Source of the DNA: Octopus sinensis
Taxonomy: Eukaryota
Direction of reading: 5' to 3'
DNA: 64,000 bases
Assembly: GCF_006345805.1 (NCBI RefSeq)
Contig: NC_043007.1
Coordinates: 21,576,001-21,640,000, forward strand
A program made the position numbers and the translations under genes. This document shows positions 24,959-38,469 of this stretch, piece after piece (the stretch's first letter is position 1; each line of letters starts with the position of its first letter). The notes under the pieces were generated by a model, which worked only from the letters and a program-made list of their open reading frames with translations, had not been told where the DNA came from and did no database searches.

Positions 24959-25801
24959 GAAAAGCCAAAAGAAAACGGTATTTCAAATAATTTTGATACA
25001 GATTATGAGGTAAAAGACGACGAAGACATGTCTGAATTAAACGAAGGACACATCTATGCTAACAGTGAGCCCCTTGCTCATCCCGTGTATGAGAATGTCA
25101 GTGTGAATGGTAAAGCGGACAATGACGATACATACGAAAATGTTATGAAAGAATCGGGTGATGGTCAGGAGATAAGTGTTACACTCAAGACTGAAGAATC
25201 CAGTCCTTTGTATGACACTTTACCTTCCTTGAAGAAAGAAATCGATAACAATAATGACGAAGATGATATCGTCGTTGTTTCTGATACAATGGATGAGATG
25301 GTGGTTCATGATATTGAAAAAGAAAGCAAACCAGCAGAGGAGGCTGCTTCTGAAGTGACAGAAGAGGATAATGCCATCGAAGCTGAAGTCGAAATAGAAA
25401 TTCCACAAACGCAGGAGGAAGAACAGCGCAAGTCTCCATCTCACAGCCGCAGCGATAGTGCTAGTCCTACGGAGCGGCCTGCAAGCCCGACTCCAGCTAG
25501 CGATGAAGAACCACATGAACGAAATGTCTGTCATAGCCCCAGCCCAAGTATGTCCGATGAGGAAACTGCTAACATAGCTGCTACTTCGGAAGAGAATGAT
25601 AGCGAAACACGCCGTGACTCGATGCACAGCCCAGTCCCGACGCCAACTCCTAGAAAAAGGACGAGTTTGTGTCATGGTAAAAGCCCAGAATTCGACATTA
25701 ATAAAGAAGCGTGTCGAAGTCCTAGTCCTAAGGAACCTAGTATCAGCTCTGAAGGGAGAAATACACGTAGCCCAAGTCCCGATGACATGATTATACACCA
25801 G
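24959..25801 (+). CDS. Internal coding exon (281 codons, phase 0-0) of an unidentified large gene; acidic, disordered, Ser-Pro-rich, with Tyr motifs
   Basis: CTAAT branch-like motif at 24921, pyrimidine tract and TTGCAG acceptor (AG 24957-58). Frame open EKPKENG...DDMIIHQ. CAG|GTGAGT donor at 25802. Non-repetitive sequence with protein-like composition. Confidence 0.9.
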
Positions 25802-25974
25802 GTGAGTTCTTTTTACCTTTCTTTTTTTCATTAACCATTACATTAAAATGTATTTCGATGATGAATTTTCTAAGTTCAACACTTCAAAAGATTACTTCAA
25901 TATTGGATTTTATTTTAATTTATTTGTATAACCTTAATTCCCGAGGTAAATGTTTGTCAAAGACATTTAGAAAC

Positions 25975-26361
25975 AGATCTTTTCGGTTTGAACGGCAGTT
26001 TTTTCTAGCGGTGTCATATGAAATTATGACCCTAGTATCGATCTATTGCATTTCAATCTATTTTAGAGTTAGGGGTGGGGGGAAGGGTATCTTTTTTTCT
26101 TCAGAAATGTAAATAAACCCAATCTGTTTCTTAAACGAGGGACATATTCATACGGCACAGAATGTTTTTTTACCTCAATGGACGTATTTGATTGGTTGAA
26201 ATTGCAGAAATTGAAGAAAAAAAAACAACAAATATCTTACAAACTATAGAATTTTCTCAATAAAGCCAAGAGAAAAAGATGTTTTATAAACACATTATAC
26301 CAGTATACGAAGTTTTAAATTTTTTAGTTATCTAGAAATTATGTTCAAACCGAAAAGATCC
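25975..26361. mobile_element. MITE with 8-9 bp TSD (Merlin- or Mutator-like)
   Basis: TIR (G)GATCTTTTCGGTTTGAAC; flanking direct repeat TTAGAAAC(A) at 25967 and 26362; solo left end at 2590. Confidence 0.75.
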
Positions 26362-27157
26362 TTAGAAACACCCATTTTCCAACTCTGTTATTAAATCAAC
26401 ATATCTTTTAAACATTTTCGCCAAATAAAACATCCACCAAATAAAATATTAGTTTAGTTTGAGGCAACCGTTTTTTCTTCAAGAATTCTATTTGCATTCT
26501 CATGAGATCCCATTTTCCTATAAATCAGACAATCTTAGAACCAAACACTCGTTGGGAGCATTAAAAAAAAAAAGTTATTACATTTCACTGAAAGTTTGCA
26601 GAGTTATTTCCCTTGTCTTAATTATTGTACTTCGGTTGCCTTGCCAAGATCATTATGTCTATTAGCCTACCATATGAGTTTCAGCCAGAGACTGTGGCCA
26701 TGCTGGAGTAAAGTCTAAAAATTCAATATTTATCATAGGCACTGATAGATATTGAATTGAAAAATACCGAAAATGACCACTGAGATCTTCAGAAATATAA
26801 TTCAAATTGCAATGAAAATGGATCAGAAATATTTCCTGCTTTCACAAACACAGTATATACAGCATAACAACTATCTTTATGAATATTTTCCTTTCTCTTG
26901 TAACATCTTATGGGTTTTATTTTCATAAATAGATTAGCTAGAGATGGGTGGAAAAAAGAGAATCTAAGTTAATTCCTAGAGAATTAATAAAAAAAAAGAC
27001 AGTTATACATAAGCACAGAGATGGCTGTGTGGTTAAAAAGCTTGCTTCCTAACCATGAGGATTCAGGTTCTCTCCCAGTGTGTAACATATTGTCTTGTGA
27101 GTGAATTTGCTTGACAGAAACTGTCATGGAAACTTGTCTCTTATATATGCTGAATTG

Positions 27158-27477
27158 GAATTTTTGAAAAGTAAAAATTTTGCATTGTTATTCTCTTTAA
27201 GTGAACATTTTTCTGGTTGAAATACACTGCAACACAGCAGTCAAAAAATCGTAAAAAATTGGGATTTTCATAGAAAAAAGCACCTTTTTGATGTAAAAAA
27301 TTTTTGGTGTTAACATGATCCGATTTTAATTTTTCTTGTATGGAAGGAAGAGCAAGCCTTCTTCTATCATACTCTCAATTTTGGTCAACTTGCACTGCAG
27401 GGTCTAGGAGAAGATTGTGTTAGTTGAAGGCTACCAAACCTGCCATACACAGACAACTTCAGCTTTATATATAAAGA
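27158..27477 (-). mobile_element. Helitron-like element, 3-prime truncated
   Basis: Reverse complement of 58131-58508. Confidence 0.7.
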
Positions 27478-27854
27478 TTACTAACCAGTAATTTATCCTT
27501 ACTGTTATTTCTCATGACCCACAAGAGGTGTAGCCTATCCATTCTGAAACCAGGATGCACATAGTATTGTGTATCCTGGTTTATTAAGTACAATATTTTT
27601 GTGTCTAAATGTACTGCATAAGTAGCATTCCTGTTCAATTTGAGATTTTGAAGTGCTGTCAGTAGGGGTGTGTTTCAATACACACTTTTGAACACATGAA
27701 CAACACACCCAGACATTAGAGGCTCTAGTAGTGATTCTCAGTCAGGGTCCACAGAAGATTTTGTTGTTAAAATTTATCTGCAATAAATTGGTTATATTTC
27801 TATGAGACACAAAATATTTCTAATTTTTTAATCAAAAGTCAAAATCAAATTTGA

Positions 27855-28315
27855 TGACTGGTGTCCGTGCTAGCAGGTTGCAAAGAGCACCATACGAGTG
27901 TGACCATTGACAGAGTGGCTAACCGGCTTCCGTGCCAGTGGCACATAAAAGACACCATTCGAGCGTGATCGTTACCAGAGCGGCTATCTGGCCTCCGTGC
28001 CGGTGGCATCTAAAAGACAGCATTCGAGTGTGATCGTTACCAGCGTCGCCTTACAGGCACCTGTGCCGGTGGCATGTGTAAAAGATTTGAGCGAGGTCGT
28101 TGCCAGTACCACCTGATTGGCCCCGTGCTGATGGCATGTAAAAGCACCCACTACACTCTCAGAGTGGTTGGCATTAGGAAGGGCATCCAGCTGTAGAAAC
28201 TCTGCCAGATCAAGATTGAAGCCTGGTGCAGCCATCTGGTTAGCCAGCCCTCAGTCATTCGTCCAACCCATGCTAGCATGGAAAGCGGACGTTAAACGAC
28301 GATGATGATGATGAT
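27855..28315 (+). mobile_element. Family-C element with divergent internal units
   Basis: Several GTGCC..TGGCA units, core and (GAT)n tail. Confidence 0.85.
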
Positions 28316-28811
28316 TTAATTATAGAAATAGAGTAATGATTTTTTATGCACATCAAATGTCTATTTAGGTCCAGTAGAATAAAATAGGTACCAATAGGGT
28401 CCATAAACGGAAAATGGTTTAGAACCACTGATCTGTATGGTAACTCAACCTGCTAGAAATAGCAGCCATATGTCACTCATCATTCACCCTGCCATCTTAA
28501 AAAATTGAAATCATATAGCCTAGTGGTTAGGGTATTGCACTCATGATCATAAAATCATGGTTTCAATTCCTGGATTGTGTAGTGTGTTGTAATCTCAGTC
28601 ATTTATATACCATGGGAACCAGGTTAGTTTCTGGCCTCATGAATCCCAGGGTTTGTCATGACAGACCCTACATTGGACAAAGTTTTCCCTGATAATCAAA
28701 ATAATAGGATGTCATAGCCCTATTCAAAGGTCTGCTCAATCAGGGTCTTCCTTGGTTTAAACAACAACTGTGAATGTGTTTATTATTGATGTAATGACCT
28801 TCCTGTGAAGG

Positions 28812-29135
28812 TGCATGGTTAAAGCGTAGAGCTTATGATCATGAAGTTGTGAGTTCGATTCCTGGACCGGGCTGCATGTTGTGTTCTTGAGCAAGACACT
28901 TTATTTCACGTTGCTCCAGTTCACTTAGCTGTAGAAATGAGTTGCAACGTCACAAGTGCCAAGCAGTATCGGCCCCTTTGCCTTTCCCTTGGATAACATC
29001 GGTGGTGTGGAAAGGGGAGGCTGGTATGCATGGGCGGCTGCTGGTCTTCCATAAACAACCTTGCCCGGACTTGTGCCTTGGAGGGTAACTTTCTAGGTGC
29101 AATCCCATGGTCATTCATGACTGAAGGGGGTCTCC
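28812..29135 (+). mobile_element. Family-H SINE
   Basis: tRNA-like head, CORE-like block, ends GAAGGGGGTCT. Confidence 0.85.
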
Positions 29136-29299
29136 TCCTCCTCCTCCTAATGACCTTCCTAAGTTACAGCAATATCTCATGAGGAGTCTCATTAATATCT
29201 CTTTTTATAGCCAACTTTAATCTTCTCAAGATGAACCATTTTTATGCCAATGATTTTGATGCAAATACCTCGTTATTTTTTTATATTACTCCCACAACT

Positions 29300-29527
29300 T
29301 TAACCCTTTTGTTACTGTATTTATTTTGAGATGCTCTGTGTTTCTTTCAATTACTTTAAATATAACAAAATATTTAGCAAAATAACTTGGTTATCATTAA
29401 GCTAGTGTTAGGAACATAAATTGTGACTAAAGTTTGGTGGAAGATTTTAATTCCAAACTTATGAAAACAAGACATTTGTACTACAGGCCAGAGCCGGTTT
29501 CAGCTGGGTTGGCAACAAAAGGGTTAA
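29300..29527. mobile_element. Family-D piggyBac-like MITE
   Basis: TTAA ends; aligns to 24625-24852. Confidence 0.9.
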
Positions 29528-30035
29528 TGTACTACACAGCAAGATTGAACCTGAAACCAAGCAGTTGGGAAGCAAACTTCTTGATCACGTTGACATGGTT
29601 TTGCTGAAGGTTTTCCATCACTCTGTGGTACATGCTCCTACCCTGTTACTCTTTTACTCGTTTCAGTCATGTGACTGCAGCCATGCTGGAGTCAGAGCCG
29701 GTTTCAGCTGGGTTGATAACGAAAGGATTAAAATTTTCATCATCATCATTTAAATTTTGTTTTCCATACTGACATGGATTGGATACTTGACAGGATCTGG
29801 TAAACCTCAGGGCCACATTGAGCTCTAATGTCAGCTTCAGTCAGCATAGTTTGTGGCTGGATGCCTTTCCATACACCAACCACTTACAGTGTGTACTGAG
29901 TGCTTTTTGCATGCCACCAGCACTTGTGAGATTGCCAAATAACTTGCAAGACAGACAAAGTAAAGGAAACAAAATCCTTGACTAAGTGAGGTTAGTATTG
30001 AAGAAAGTAATGGCTTTGTAGGTGGTGTTAGGACA

Positions 30036-30548
30036 TTAACCCTTTTGTTACCAACCTGGCTGAAACCGGCTCTAGCTCTGAATACAAATGACTTGTTTTC
30101 ATAAGTTTGAATTCAAATCTTCCGCTAAATCTTAGTCATAATTTATGTTCCTAACACTAGCTGAATGATAACGAAGTTATTTTACTATTTTTTGTAATAT
30201 ATATATATATAGTAATTGAAAGAAATACAGAGCATCTCAAAATAAATACAGTAACGAAAGGGTTAAACAATGTGAATGAACAAACATTGCATTTGACAGA
30301 GTAGTCTGAATGCTAAAGGGTTAACCCTTTCGTTACCAACCCGGCTGAAACTAGCTCTGGCTCTGAGTACAAATGTCTTGTTTTCATAGGTTTTGAATTA
30401 AAATCTTCCACCAAACCTTAATCACAGTTTATGTTCCTAATACTAGCTGAATGATGACTAAGTTATTTTGCTAAATCCTTTGTTATATTTAAAGTAATTG
30501 AAAGAAACACAGAGCATCTCAAAATAAATACAATAACAAAAGGGTTAA
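30036..30548. mobile_element. Two reverse-oriented family-D MITEs (30036-30266, 30321-30548) flanking a family-E end
   Basis: Shared TTAA at the AAAGGG-TTAA-CCCTTT junction. Confidence 0.9.
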
Positions 30549-30699
30549 AGTATGATAGAGGGACACATGCAGGTGTCTTGCTGTAGAGAAGATACATGGC
30601 TACCCCAAATTAACTACCTGCATGTCTAAATTAATACCATCTATCACAATTTTGAGTCATGTTCGAAATACCAGGTTGATACTGAAAATGTTACTCTTT

Positions 30700-31040
30700 T
30701 ACATATTTCACTCATTTGACTGTGGCCATGCTGGAGCACTGCCTTTAGTCAAGCAAATCGACCCCAGGACTTATTCTTTGTAAGTCCAGTACTTATTCTA
30801 TCGGTCTCTTTTTGCCGAACCGCTAAGTTACGGGGACGTAAACATACCAGCATTGGTTGTCAAGCGATGTTGGGGGCACAAACACACACACACACACAAC
30901 ATACATATATACGATGGGCTTCTTTCAGTTTCCATCTACCAAATCCACTCACAAGGCTTTGGTAGGCCCGAGGCTATAGTAGAAGACACTTGCCCAAGGT
31001 GCCACGCAGTGGGACTGAACCCGGAACCATGTGGTTCCAC
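30700..31040 (-). mobile_element. Family-A SINE
   Basis: Reverse complement of consensus. Confidence 0.9.
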
Positions 31041-32309
31041 TCCTACTACACCTATGTTACTTATTTTAGTAGTAAGTTTTACAAATTATTGATTGTCCAC
31101 AAAAGAACTTCAAACACACAAACTGTGTATTTCCTTAGAAATATTATAAGGAAAAAGTTAACATTCTATATAATATTTTAACAGCAGTTACAAATGTAGA
31201 TTTTTTCCCACATACCACTTGTGAAATTCTGGATTGTCTTTCCATTTAACAAGCATATGATTGAACTTTTTTGAATTTGTAACAAACATCTGTTACTCTC
31301 TATTTCTCTCTGTCTGTCATCAGGAGTTCACAGAATCAATCTTGCTAGTCATTGATTTGATGTTTACTAAATTTGTCGCCAGTTTTGATTATTTTTGTCC
31401 TTATATACTTCAGCTGTCTTTCTCGGATTGTACAAATTGTTCAAGAACCATTGAAAACACTACATTTTCTTTTCTTTTTTCTGTTTATTTGGTTACATTT
31501 CACTTAGCAGCTGCTCTGTTGATCTATTCATTATCTATAATCATTCATTCAACAAGCATGGAAAGCAAGTTGCCTCTGGAGTGGATATTTTTACAACATA
31601 GGAGTCACAAGTTACTACTGGTTAAATTTCAATTAATTCATTACCATCATCATCATCATTATTATTATTATTATCATTATTCTATAATTTAAGGAAAAGT
31701 TACATTCCTTCACAATTTTTTATTCGGCTGCATTTTCTTCCCTTATTTGACAATAACATCTGGGATAAAGAAGGAAACAAAAAAAAAAAAAGAATTTCTA
31801 ATCTTCAATGATATTTATGTTAATGCATGAATCTCATATATTTTGTCCTGATTTAAAATGTTTTAATTAATTGATAGTGAAAAACAAAATAATAATTCAA
31901 TAGCGGAGGTTTTCTGTTTTCTGTTTTGTTGATTTGCCATCTGCCTGGAGAAAAAAAGGTTAGTTGAAAAATAGTAAGGTTTGGTATTTATAGAAGCTAA
32001 TGTTGTAACGAAGCTGTCGTTAAATGCGCAATATTGATCTTCTGTAGAGAGAGGAGTTTTATCTTTCTGTTTACAAAAACAAAAATTCTTTAAATCAATA
32101 GTTTATACATTTCATTGATAATGCGATTTGTTTAAAACATTAAAATATTGAAAGCAATGTAAAAGGAAATTATTGCTTCATTAAAGAGAGAAAAAAAAGA
32201 CAGAATTAACGAATTAGTTGCGAAATGAAGCTTATTGTAAATTCTGTAAAAGTAACTGGAGATTTTTCCAGGTGGAATCTTGGGATTTTAAACATATTCT
32301 GTTGATTTC

Positions 32310-32342
<33 letters not shown>

Positions 32343-32694
32343 AAAGTTTTTTATTATTTTTATTATTATTATTATCATCATCATCATGAAAAATCAAAAT
32401 ATTACGACTGAAAATGTGGCATTTTAGAAAAAATACTATATTTATATTCTATGGTTATTTGAAGAAGTCGGTAATGTAGGAATATACCATTTTATGTTGT
32501 TATTAGTTCAGCTAAGACTTTGGATGAAAGATGAGCTACGAATCTGGAAGCAAAGTAAAAAAGCAAAAATATATTCTAGACTATCGATCAGTACTTCCTA
32601 TTCTTGAAACAGGAAACCATAGCATCAGCGGGAAGAGAATCTGTTTGCTTATTAATGAATATGTTCAGTTATTGACATCTCTGAGTGTTCCAAC

Positions 32695-33039
32695 ATGAAC
32701 CAGGTGAATTTTAATGTCGACGGCAACCAAAGATTGTCCTTAGGCGCTAGGATTGCAGCAGTAGTTCGAACTGATTATGATGGTAACATTATTGTAGATA
32801 GACCGTTTTCAAAATCACAATGCCAGTTAGAAAATAAATGTCTCGAAAGTAGGACATCTTCATTAAAACCTTCCGTTTGGAAAAGGGACTTGTATCGGGC
32901 AGAAATAACCGATCCCATCTACTCACATGCAAAAATCAACAAAGTTACTCATCCCCAAAATTCATTCTTTTGGAGAACGAAATCTTTCTTCCAAAATAAT
33001 CAAAAGAATAGAACAAATACAAAAAAATATGTTAAAGAG
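32695..33039 (+). CDS. Probable alternative first coding exon (115 aa, MNQVNFNVDG...KKYVKE)
   Basis: CAAC-ATG start context, in-frame TGA upstream at 32656, unique open frame, then GAG|GTAAGG donor at 33040 in phase 0, the same exit phase as the 24959 exon. Confidence 0.6.
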
Positions 33040-33111
33040 GTAAGGTTTTTTTTTTTTTTATTAATTTTAAAATTTTTATCCTTATTATTATTGTTATTAT
33101 CATTATTATTT

Positions 33112-33470
33112 TGTTGCAAGCTAGTAGAATCGTTAACACCTCGGGCGAAATGCTTAGCAGTATTTTGTCTGCTGCTACGTTCAGAGTTCAAATTCCGCCA
33201 TGGTCAACTTTGCCTTTCATTCTTTTAAGGATTGATTAAATAAGTACCAGTTACGCACTGGGATCGATATAATCGACTTAATCTGTTTGTCTGTCCTTGT
33301 TTGTCCTCTCTGTGTTTAGCCCCTTGTAGGTAGTAAAGAAATAGGTATTTTGTCTGCTGCTATATTCTGCATTCAAATTCCGCCAAGGTCAGCTTTGCCT
33401 TTCATCCTTTCGGGGTCAATTAAATAACTACCAGTTTTGCCCTGGGGTCGATGTAATCAACTTAATCACC
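33112..33470 (+). mobile_element. Family-B dimer
   Basis: Same junction as 19803-20203. Confidence 0.85.
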
Positions 33471-33991
33471 CCACTTCCTCAATCTGCCTTTATGGCAAAA
33501 ATCTGAAATCATTATTACTTTGTTGCTTTGTCTTATACAAACTGTCCCTGTTTCACTCAGACACCTCAGATAACAGCAAGGTGGATGTTTTTCTATGGGT
33601 ATTATTTATAATTAGCAATAATATATTATTCTAAGAGAAGAAGATCAGGATCTGAGGAGTAAGATTCTGTTAAATTTGTAATATTTCAGTTTTGAAAGAA
33701 TTTTAAGAAAATCAACCATTTTCAAGTTGACGAAGCTTTTCTTAGGACGTTGACAGTCCCCATGAGATTCTTTTTTTTTCTTTTGTTATTCTGCTACCGT
33801 TTGGTTTCCTGGTATTTGGCCATAGTGTTTGTTTAAGAGTGCCTTTTGGTATTGTCCCCAAAGTTCTAATGATTACTGGTATAGTTGTTCTTAGATGCCA
33901 CAGTTTTGAGACCTGTTTTTAAGGTCCTTATATTTTCTTCATTTTTGCAATTAACTTTACAGAAGTGTTGCAGTCTGCTGTGATTGACACA

Positions 33992-34026
<35 letters not shown>

Positions 34027-34049
34027 TATTATTATTATCATCATCATTT

Positions 34050-34092
<43 letters not shown>

Positions 34093-35887
34093 GGCAGCTA
34101 GCTGGCAGAATCATTAGCGCCCCAAGTAAAATGTTTATCAGCATTCCATTCATCTTTATGTTCTGAGTTCAAATTCTGCCAAGGTTGACTTTGCCTTTCA
34201 TCCTCTCGTGGTTGATAAAATAAGTACCAGCTGAATACTAGGGTTGATGTAATCAACTTATATCTACCACTCCTGAATTAGCTGACCTCGTGCCAAAATT
34301 TCAAATCATCATCATCATCATCATCATCATTATTATTATTATTATTATTATTACTATTATTATTATTATTATGCCTCGTATTATATTTCAACACTGCCTT
34401 ACATACAACCAACACATTAATCTCAGTGTTTATAAATTGTGACACCTTCCTCTCAATGTTTTAAATTGTTTTCATCTGACAAATTAGTTTACTGTAATGA
34501 TTATATTTTATGACGAGAAAATTCCTAAATGGCTGGTGCTTATTATTGTTTCAAAATGTCTTTCTTTCTTTCTTTTTTTTTCTTTTTTTTTTTTTGTTAT
34601 TGGTAAGATAAGTAACTATGGCACATTTTATTAATCCCTCCACACTCTGTTCTTGTTCTTGTTTGACGATCTTCTTAATTAAAATAAGTAAGTTCCATCT
34701 GCAGTAGAATATCTGGGGAAAAGTCTGTGTTTTCCATTTATGTTTTAGGACCAGCTATCTCTCAAAGACTTTGCTGCTGTGAAAAATATCGGTTTTTCTT
34801 AATTGAGAGAGACAATTGTAGTTAAGAAATTCACTTTGCAACCATGTGGTTCTGGGTTCAGTCTCACTGTGCGGTACTTTGGGCAAGTGTCTTCTACTAT
34901 GGCCCCAGCTAACCAATTCTTTATGAGTGAATTTGGTAGGAGAAAACTGGAGATTTGTTGTGTGTGTGCATGTATTTATCCCTTCTTATCCCTGCTTGAC
35001 AACTGATGGTGGTTAATTTTACATCCCTGTAACTTAGCAGTTCGGTAATGGTAACTGACAGAATAAGTTCAAGGGTTGATTTTTTTTGACTGAAACCCTT
35101 CAAGGTGATTTCTCAGCATGACTGAAGCAAGTTAAAAGAGTTAGGCAAAAATTGGTAATAGAGATGGCTTGTTTAACGCTATCTCTTCCAATTATTTCTC
35201 TGACTATTTGATCTTATCCTGTTCAATTATAATTTGAAACTAGAAACTAAATAAGTCCTGTAAACATTTTAAATACTATTCATCTTCACTCTTAAAATAA
35301 AATTAATTATAATTTTAAGTGTCAAAAGAAACTGGCGTAGAATGATATTTTTGCTTTTTGTTAATTATTTAATTTTAAGTATACTATGAAACAGTTGTAG
35401 AAATTATGTAATAATCATATGTAAAATTCATTTGATGTTTACGTATATATTTAATTGCTTGACATGTTTTTTACATATAAAATCGTATCATTAACAGCAG
35501 GATTGTACCTTCTTGGTGGATAGTTCTGTAGTAGTTCTTTTGATCTTTCTTTGCTTAATTTGTCTTGACTGAACTTATCTAAGCTTGTTAAATATTCTTT
35601 ACATCTGCCACCAATATATAGAGTTTAACTGTGTTTTAAAGGCAGCATGTCTATAAAAGATACTGTTGTTGCTGGATAAAAACCTGCAGTTAATTAGCTT
35701 TTCGCAATGTATTTACATTGAGTATGATACACGGATGATTGTAGTTTTAATGTTTTACTTTTGAAAGATTCTCAAGTCACATCCTTGTATTTGAACCTTA
35801 ACTCTATTTTTGTCTCATAAGTATGAATCTAGCCAACTTCATGGAAATGAAAAGCAAATTCTTCTTATCAGTTATTTTCATCACCTT

Positions 35888-35928
<41 letters not shown>

Positions 35929-36735
35929 CTGAGTGAATATTTGTCATTTTTTCTTTCTGCACCATTTACATTCATTCTTTCATTCTGAATCTCATCAGCT
36001 CTATCCAGCTTCATCCTGTTACATCCGAAATAATCTTTCAAACTAGGAGTGTCTGACAAGACTAGATACTTCCCATCCTCCTTAACCCTTTCTTTACCAT
36101 ATTTATTTTTGAGATGCTCCATGTTTCTTTCAATTACTTTAAATATAACAAAGAACTTACTAAAATAACTCAGTTATCATTCAGCTGATGTTAGGAACAT
36201 AAATTGTGACTAAGGTTTGGTGGAAGATTTTAATTCAAAACTTATGAAAACAAGACATTTGTACTCAGAGCCAGAGGAAAATAAAGATTATCAAATGCAT
36301 GTACAATACCAAAATCTTTACAAGAAGACAAAAGTTGTTAGATGTTTAACCCTTTCGTTACCGTATTTCTGTAACGGTACTGGCAACGACCTCGCTCAAA
36401 TCTTTTTACACATGCCAATGGCACAGGTGCCAGTAAGGCGATGCTGGTAACGATCCCGCTTGAATGGTGCCTCTTACGTGCCACCAGCATGGAAGCCAGT
36501 TAGCCGCTCTGGCAACGATCACACTCGGATGGTGCTCTTAGCACCCTACTAGCACGGGGCACAAGTGCCAGTTAATATTAGTACACAATTATTATTCTTA
36601 TCTTCTAGGATATAGAAATCTGAAACCAGGAAGAAATTACTCGCATTTCTTTCAGCCTGTTGCTTTTTAGTTTATTATTATTATTATTATTATTATTACT
36701 ACTACTACTACTACTATTATTATTATTATTACTAA

Positions 36736-36955
36736 GGCGGCGAGCTGGCAGAAACGTTAGCACACCGGGCGAAATGCGTAGCCGTATTTTGTCTGCCATT
36801 ATGTTCTGAGTTCAAATTCTGCCGAAGTCGACTTTGCCTTTCATCTTTTCGGGGGTCGATAAATTAAATACCAGCTTGTCCTGGGGTCAACTTAATCCGT
36901 TTGTCTGTCCTTGTTTGTCCACTCTGTGTTTAGCCCCTTGTGAGTAGTAAAGAAT
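36736..36955 (+). mobile_element. Family-B SINE
   Basis: Aligns to consensus; preceded by an (ATT/ACT)n tract. Confidence 0.9.
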
Positions 36956-37693
36956 TCATTATTATTATTATTATCATTATTATAAATATTATTATTATTT
37001 TCTTAATAAATTCCCAAACCTAAGTACTCCAGCAATATTGTAATGTCTGAATTTTCAAATAATCATCTCATTGGCACTACCAGATGAAAAGTACTAGAGA
37101 GGAAAAAGAAAAGAAAAAAGAAAGAAAGAAGAGAGATTATGTTTACGTGCCTAAATGTTTTAGGTTAGTTTTGGACTGTGAAGATGCCCTCCTAAATCCT
37201 GCTACTACTAAGACAATCTTATTGCGACTGAATGACTATTTTACTATCTGTAAGAACCAACCAATTACCGAACTCAACACTATTCGTTTTAATTTTTTTT
37301 TCCTTCAGATATGAGTAGGTTTGTGTTGGATTGACATTGTTTCAGAAAGTATTTTCACTACGCAGTTTAGGGTTTTTCTTTTCTTTTCTTTTCTATTTCT
37401 TATTACGTAACTGCAGAGTAGTAATAGTAGTAGTAGTAGTAGTAGTAGACTCTTTTTTTATTATTTTTTTTTTATTCAGCCAGGCAGACTGTGGCAAGCA
37501 GTAATATAAACCCTGCCTAGGGAATACAGTATTGTGACTGAAGTATGGCTTGAACTCTTGACTATCACAACTACTGTCCTTCATACACACCATTATAAAA
37601 ATATGATGGAAGCGATGAACAACATTCTCCTCCCACTCATGTGTGTGTGTATGTGTGTGTACCAGTTTGATAAAGCTGAATATTCGAGAAAAT

Positions 37694-37923
37694 TCAACCC
37701 TTTCATTGCTGTATTTATTTTGAGATGCTCTGTGTTTCTTTCAATTAATTTTAAATATAACAAAGAATTTAGTAAAATAACTTGGTTATCATTAAGCTGG
37801 TGTTAGGAACATAAATTGTGACTAAGGTTTGGTGGAAGATTTTAATTCAGAACTTATGAAAATAAGACATTTGTACTACAGAGCCAGAGCCGGTTTCAGC
37901 TGGGTTGGTAACGGAAGGGTTAA
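37694..37923. mobile_element. Family-D MITE
   Basis: Aligns to 24625-24852; a partial copy lies at 36082-36275. Confidence 0.9.
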
Positions 37924-38469
37924 AGGAAAGGTCTAATTTTTAATAAATAAAATAAATACTTAACTCTGCTATCCATATGAAGACAGCATTTGTTTATTTT
38001 GGTTTCAAAATATTTATTCAATTGGTTAAAAAGCTGTACAATTATATATACATAGATACACACGCAGAAACAAATACATGTGTGTGTGTATTTAAATATA
38101 TGTTATCATTTAATGTCTGTTTTCCATAAGCTGATCAGTATGACCGGATCCAACAAGTCAGGAAACTGCATTTCCAATCTGTGTTTTGGCATTGTATCAA
38201 TGACTGAATGTCCTTCCTAACACCAACCACTTTACAAAGTGTACTGGGTACTTGTGTGTGCATATGTATGTGTATATATAAACACACACGCACACTTGTA
38301 TGGTGTCTTTCTATTTCTGAAATCTACCCAAAAGGCTTTAGTTTGTTTGTTACACTTATATATATATATATATATATGACTTGATAAGCTTTCTTCATAA
38401 TGGTCGTTTTTTTGCTTGAATTTGCCATTTATTATGATTATGTGTGTGTGTGTGTGTGTATATATATAA

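Noticed and set aside
25220-25831. 203-aa antisense ORF
   Set aside because: Shadow of the real + strand exon; no independent splice signals or recognisable homology.
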